Under the pieces are notes generated by a model. It was not told where the DNA came from. It saw nothing but the letters and a program-made list of their open reading frames with translations, and searched no databases. A stretch of 64,000 bases of DNA from Candidatus Limnocylindrales bacterium (GTDB lineage: Bacteria > Chloroflexota > Limnocylindria > Limnocylindrales > CSP1-4), in NCBI GenBank assembly GCA_036834865.1, contig DAITNC010000001.1:1939-65938 (forward strand), written 5' to 3'. Shown one piece after another: positions 60,098 through 64,000 of the stretch (position 1 is the first letter of the stretch; the number at the start of each line of letters is the position of its first letter). Made by a program: the position numbers and the translations under genes.

Positions 60098-61543
60098 TCA
60101 GAAGTTGAGCGAGCGCCCGTCGACGGCCATGGCTGCCTCGCCGAGGATCTCCGAGAGCGTGGGATGCGGGTGCGTTGCCGCGCCGATCTCCCATGGCTGC
60201 GCCTGCAGCGCGCCGGCCAGCGAGGCCTCCGCGATGAGGTCCGTGGCGTGCGGTCCGATCAGGTGCACGCCCAGCGTGTCGCCGGTCTCAGCGTGGCCGA
60301 TCACCTTGGCGAAACCCTCGTAGTCGCCCCCGATCACGGCCTTCGCGATGGCCTGGAACGGGACCTTCCCGACCTTGACGGGCAGCCCGCGCTTCTCGCA
60401 CTCCTGCTCGGTCAGGCCGACGGACGCGATCTCCGGCCGGCAATACGTTGCCCGCGGCTGGGCGACGTAGTCCATGGCGTGGACGTCGGGGTCGCCGGCG
60501 ATCGTATGGACCGCGGTCAGCCCCTCGTGCGCGGCGGTGTGGGCCAGCCAGAGCCCACCGACGATGTCGCCGATCGCCCAGACGTGCGGCTCGGCGGTGC
60601 GCATATGGCCGTCGACCACGACGATCCCGCGGTCGGTCACGGCGCGCGTGGTCTCGAGTCCCAGGTCCTCGATGTTGGCCGCGCGCCCGGCGGCGACGAG
60701 CAGGACGTCGGCAGCGATCTCGTTGGCCTCGCCGCCCTCCGGGCCGACCGTCAGGCGGATGCCGTCCTCCCCGACGACCAGCGAGGCGGGGTCGAACCGG
60801 GCGTTCGTCATCACGTCGATCCCGCGCCTGACGAAGCTCTTCTCGAGCTCCTTCGAGACGTCGCGATCCTCCAGCGGGACGATCGCGGGGAGGTACTCGA
60901 GGAGCGTCACCCTCACGCCGAGGTCGTGGAAGCACGACGCGAACTCGCAGCCGACCGCGCCCGCCCCGATGATGACCATGCTCGCGGGCAGCTCGGACAG
61001 CCGCAGCACGTCGTCCGAGGTCAGGACGCGGATGCCGTCCGGCGTGATCCCGGGCAGGCTCTTGACCCGGGATCCGGTGGCAAGGATCACGTCCGTCGCC
61101 TCCAGGACGCGCTCGCCCCCCGCGCCCGGTGTGCCGTCCTCGCCGTGGAGCCTGACCCTGACCTTGCCGGGCCCCTCGAGGCGCCCGCGGCCGGCCACCC
61201 ATTCGACCTTGTTCTTGCCGACCAGGCTCTTGAGCCCGGTCCACATCCGGCGCACCACCTGGTCCTTGCGGGCGGCAATCACGGCGTAGTCGACGGCCAC
61301 CTCACCCGGGAGCATCACCCCCAGCTCGCGGCTCTTCGTGCTCACGCGGTGCGCGAAGTCGGCGGATTCGAGGAGCGCCTTGGTGGGGATGCACCCGCGG
61401 TGCAGGCACGTGCCGCCGATCTTGTCCTCGTCGACAAGGGCGACCTTCATGCCCAGCTGCGCCGCCCGGAAGGCGGCTGAGTAGCCCCCGGTCCCGGCGC
61501 CGAGGACTACGAGGTCAAACGAGTTGGACGAGCCGACAGCCAT
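60098..61543 (-). CDS. lpdA: dihydrolipoyl dehydrogenase (E3)
   Basis: 'GGTCLHRGCIPTK' redox disulfide, FAD/NAD Rossmann motifs, C-terminal 'HAHPTLSE'. Confidence 0.9.
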   Translation of the reverse strand: MAVGSSNSFDLVVLGAGTGGYSAAFRAAQLGMKVALVDEDKIGGTCLHRGCIPTKALLESADFAHRVSTKSRELGVMLPGEVAVDYAVIAARKDQVVRRMWTGLKSLVGKNKVEWVAGRGRLEGPGKVRVRLHGEDGTPGAGGERVLEATDVILATGSRVKSLPGITPDGIRVLTSDDVLRLSELPASMVIIGAGAVGCEFASCFHDLGVRVTLLEYLPAIVPLEDRDVSKELEKSFVRRGIDVMTNARFDPASLVVGEDGIRLTVGPEGGEANEIAADVLLVAAGRAANIEDLGLETTRAVTDRGIVVVDGHMRTAEPHVWAIGDIVGGLWLAHTAAHEGLTAVHTIAGDPDVHAMDYVAQPRATYCRPEIASVGLTEQECEKRGLPVKVGKVPFQAIAKAVIGGDYEGFAKVIGHAETGDTLGVHLIGPHATDLIAEASLAGALQAQPWEIGAATHPHPTLSEILGEAAMAVDGRSLNF

Positions 61544-61818
61544 GGGTCAGGGCACCTTTCGGGCGCCAGACTGGCCGCGCACGAGAGATGCGCGACCGGC
61601 GCGGGGCGCCGATCCGGGGACGGCCGCGGCCGACCGACCGGTTGGGGGAGGGATCACGCGGTCGATGGTACGCGGGCCCCGCGCGTGCGCGCAACACGGC
61701 CCGCGGCGTTCGCGGTTTCAAGGGCCAGTGGCGCGAACCGTCACCCATCGGTCCGCTCGTCGCGCGACAATGGGAACGGACACGGCTGCCGCCGGCCCAC
61801 GCACGGGATACCACCACG

Positions 61819-63936
61819 ATGTCGCTCCTCACCCTTCGGCTGACCACGCGGACCCGCGCCGTTCGCACGGCGCGGGCGCTCATCGGAGCGCTCCTGCTGG
61901 TCGCGCTGCTGGCGTCGGCGGTTCTCGGCGCAAGCCCGCGGCGCCTCGCGACGCAGGTCACGGATGACGTGGGGGCCCTGGGCGGCGCCGCGGGCACGCT
62001 GCAGCAGCCGCTCGCCGATCTCCAGCGGACGGACAACGTCCAGCTCTGGGTCTGGTTCACCGATACCACCGGGGCTCTGTCGGCGCCTGACTTCGCGACC
62101 CAGGCTGCCGCGCTCAGCGGCTTCGGCGGGAACGACCTCCTGCTCGTCATCGCGATGACCGACCACGCCTACGGCTACTGGAAATCGAACTCCATCCCGC
62201 TCTCCAACGCCCAGCTCGAGAGCGTGCTCGGCGCGGACCTGGAGCCCGCGCTGCAGGCGGGCGACAACAGCGGCGCCATCGTCGCCACGGCCGCCGGCAT
62301 CCACGGCGCGATGAGCGGCGGGACGGGCAGCCCGGCCGCCTCGTCCGCCCCGGCCGGCGGCGGATCGGCCAGCGGCACCGGTGGTGGCGGCGGCGGGCCG
62401 CTCGGCACGCTCCTGGCCGTCCTGCTGATCGTGGGGCTCATCGCGGGCGCGGGGTGGTGGTTCCTCTACGGCCGGAAGCGCCCCGCGGCGGACGGCGGCG
62501 GCGGCGGCGCCGGAACGGTCGGCGCGTCCGGCGGTGGGACCGTGGACGAGATCGCGGCGATGAAGACGCCGGACCTGGAGAAGCTGGCCAACCAGGCCCT
62601 CGTCGCGACCGACGACGCCGTGCGCGACAGCGAGCAGGAGCTCGGGTTCGCCCAGGCCGAGTTCGGAGATGCCGAGGTCGCCCCATTCCAGGCCGCGATC
62701 GAGGGCGCAAAGGCCGACCTCGCGGCCGCCTTCAAGCTTCGCCAGCAGCTCGACGACGCCGTCCCGGAGGACGCCGCCACCCATCGCCGGATGCTCGAGG
62801 ACCTGGTTCGCGGCTGTCGCCACGCCCAGGACCAGCTCGACGCCGTGAAGGAGGAGTTCGAGCGGCTGCGCGAAATCGAGGCAAAGGCACCCCAGATTCT
62901 CGCCGCGCTGCCGGCCCAGGCGGATGCCCTCGAGGCGCGCCTCCCCGCCGCGCGGGAGGCCATGTCGCGGCTTGCCACGTTCGCCGACGCGAGCTGGCAG
63001 TCCGTCGCCCCCAACATCGACGAGGCGGGGCACCGCCTGGCCGCCGTGCGCGAAGCGGTCGACGAGGGCGCGAAGGCCCAGTCCGCGAACGACACCCAGA
63101 CCGCCGCGCGCGCGGCCGTCCTGGGCCAGGATGCCCTTGGCCAGGGGACCGCGTTCCTCGACGGAATCGATCGGCTCGCGACGCAGCTCGACGACGCGAA
63201 GGCGAAGGTCGGCCAGATGCTCGTCGATGCGGACGCCGACCTGGCACAGGCGAAGAAGGCGGCGGCAGGTTCGGCTGATGCCGCGCTCGCAGCACGCCTG
63301 GCACAGGCCGACACGCTGCTCGCAGGGGCACGGACCGCCCTCGCCGGCCCCAAGCCGGACGTCGCGGCGGCCTTCGCGCAGGCCCGCGATGCCCACACGA
63401 TCGCCGACGACATCCTGGCAACCCTGCGCACGGCGGCCGAGCAGCTCGCCCGCAATGCGGCCCGCATGGACGCCTCGATCCAGGCCGCCCAGGCGACCGT
63501 GACGCGTGCCACCGACTTCATCGCCACGCGGCGCGGGGCCGTCGGCACGGAGGCGCGGACGCGGCTTGCCGAGGCCCAGCGTCACCTGGACCAGGCCGTC
63601 GCGGCCGGTGCCACGGACCCGGTCGGCGCGACCCGCGAAGCAGACCAGGCAACGGCCCTCGCGAACGCCGCCTACCAGGCGGCCACCGATGACTACGGCC
63701 GCTACGACGACCCGTGGCACGGCGGGGGCCGGGGCGGAGGCGGAGGGGCCGGCATCGGCGGGAACATCGCCGGCGCGCTCATCGGCGGCATCATCGGCGG
63801 CATGCTCAGCGGCGGGGGCCGGGGCGGATTCGGCGGGTTCGGAGGGGGCGGGTTCGGTGGCGGCTGGGGCGGCGGCTCGTCCGGAGGCGGCGGATTCGGC
63901 GGGGGCGGCGGCTCGTCCGGAGGCGGTCGGTGGTAG
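61819..63936 (+). CDS. TPM-domain (YgcG-like) membrane protein with long coiled coil and Gly-rich tail
   Basis: Signal/TM helix, TPM-like domain, TM 'LGTLLAVLLIVGLIAGAGWWF', about 330 aa Ala/Gln/Asp-rich predicted coiled coil, C-terminal GGGFGGG repeats. Confidence 0.7.
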   Translation: MSLLTLRLTTRTRAVRTARALIGALLLVALLASAVLGASPRRLATQVTDDVGALGGAAGTLQQPLADLQRTDNVQLWVWFTDTTGALSAPDFATQAAALSGFGGNDLLLVIAMTDHAYGYWKSNSIPLSNAQLESVLGADLEPALQAGDNSGAIVATAAGIHGAMSGGTGSPAASSAPAGGGSASGTGGGGGGPLGTLLAVLLIVGLIAGAGWWFLYGRKRPAADGGGGGAGTVGASGGGTVDEIAAMKTPDLEKLANQALVATDDAVRDSEQELGFAQAEFGDAEVAPFQAAIEGAKADLAAAFKLRQQLDDAVPEDAATHRRMLEDLVRGCRHAQDQLDAVKEEFERLREIEAKAPQILAALPAQADALEARLPAAREAMSRLATFADASWQSVAPNIDEAGHRLAAVREAVDEGAKAQSANDTQTAARAAVLGQDALGQGTAFLDGIDRLATQLDDAKAKVGQMLVDADADLAQAKKAAAGSADAALAARLAQADTLLAGARTALAGPKPDVAAAFAQARDAHTIADDILATLRTAAEQLARNAARMDASIQAAQATVTRATDFIATRRGAVGTEARTRLAEAQRHLDQAVAAGATDPVGATREADQATALANAAYQAATDDYGRYDDPWHGGGRGGGGGAGIGGNIAGALIGGIIGGMLSGGGRGGFGGFGGGGFGGGWGGGSSGGGGFGGGGGSSGGGRW
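63715..63936 (+). repeat. low-complexity Gly-rich coding repeat (GGGFGGG)n
   Basis: Reiterated ggcgg/ggcggc triplets encoding GGGRGGFGGFGGGGFGGGWGGGSSGGGG at the C-terminus of the TPM protein. Confidence 0.7.
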
Positions 63937-64000
63937 CCACCGGGGGATAGCATGGGTCGGGTCGCGGCGCATCGGTGCGCCCGACTCGGCGTGGACGGAG

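Noticed and set aside
61741-63972. 743-aa minus-strand ORF antisense to the TPM-domain gene
   Set aside because: Mirror-frame artefact; the plus-strand product has a coherent signal/TPM/TM/coiled-coil architecture.

Overview
The window is a 64 kb stretch of a very high-GC (about 70 %) chromosome, probably from an Actinobacteria-like organism. Nearly every reading frame is open, so I called genes by recognisable protein families, third-position GC bias, start-codon/RBS context and start/stop coupling, not by ORF length. About 65 genes and two tRNAs are supported. Functional blocks, in order: (1) 1-6 kb, a minus-strand acyl-CoA/branched-chain catabolic operon: partial aldehyde dehydrogenase, thiolase, acyl-CoA dehydrogenase, 3-hydroxyacyl-CoA dehydrogenase, MeaB GTPase and the B12-binding subunit of methylmalonyl-CoA mutase. 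The catalytic mutase subunit is encoded separately at 11.2-13.0 kb. (2) 6-26.7 kb, housekeeping and accessory genes: folE, hydrolases, Thr/Ser dehydratase, ArsR plus thioredoxin, a DnaJ-domain protein, nitroreductase, a DUF4032/GNAT operon, a methyltransferase, an EamA exporter, tryptophanase, a DUF433/DUF5615 toxin-antitoxin-like pair, a second acyl-CoA dehydrogenase and a class-III aminotransferase. (3) 26.9-42.3 kb is the most interesting block. It is a tungsten-enzyme island: aldehyde:ferredoxin oxidoreductase (AOR), MoeA, a SPASM-type radical-SAM (Cmo-like), a TupABC tungstate transporter, a ThiF/MoeB-like E1, a cysteine desulfurase, a MoaD/ThiS-like carrier ending in Gly-Gly preceded by a second beta-grasp-like unknown protein, a GlcD/GlcF-type FAD/Fe-S oxidoreductase and ferredoxin-NADP reductase. 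I read it as a largely uncharacterised, self-contained tungsten-cofactor maturation and sulfur-relay system. (4) 42.3-47.4 kb, a segment bounded by tRNA-Arg and tRNA-Glu that carries a motif-permuted orphan DNA methyltransferase, a translationally coupled small ORF and a dipeptide-epimerase/DUF1611 pair. (5) 47.5-64 kb: hydrolase, DUF1015, lipoprotein, regulator, adenosine deaminase, an amino-acid ABC transporter, lipA, a 2-oxoacid dehydrogenase complex (E2, E1beta, E1alpha, E3 in unusual order) and a TPM-domain membrane protein. No CRISPR array, rRNA or obvious transposase was seen.
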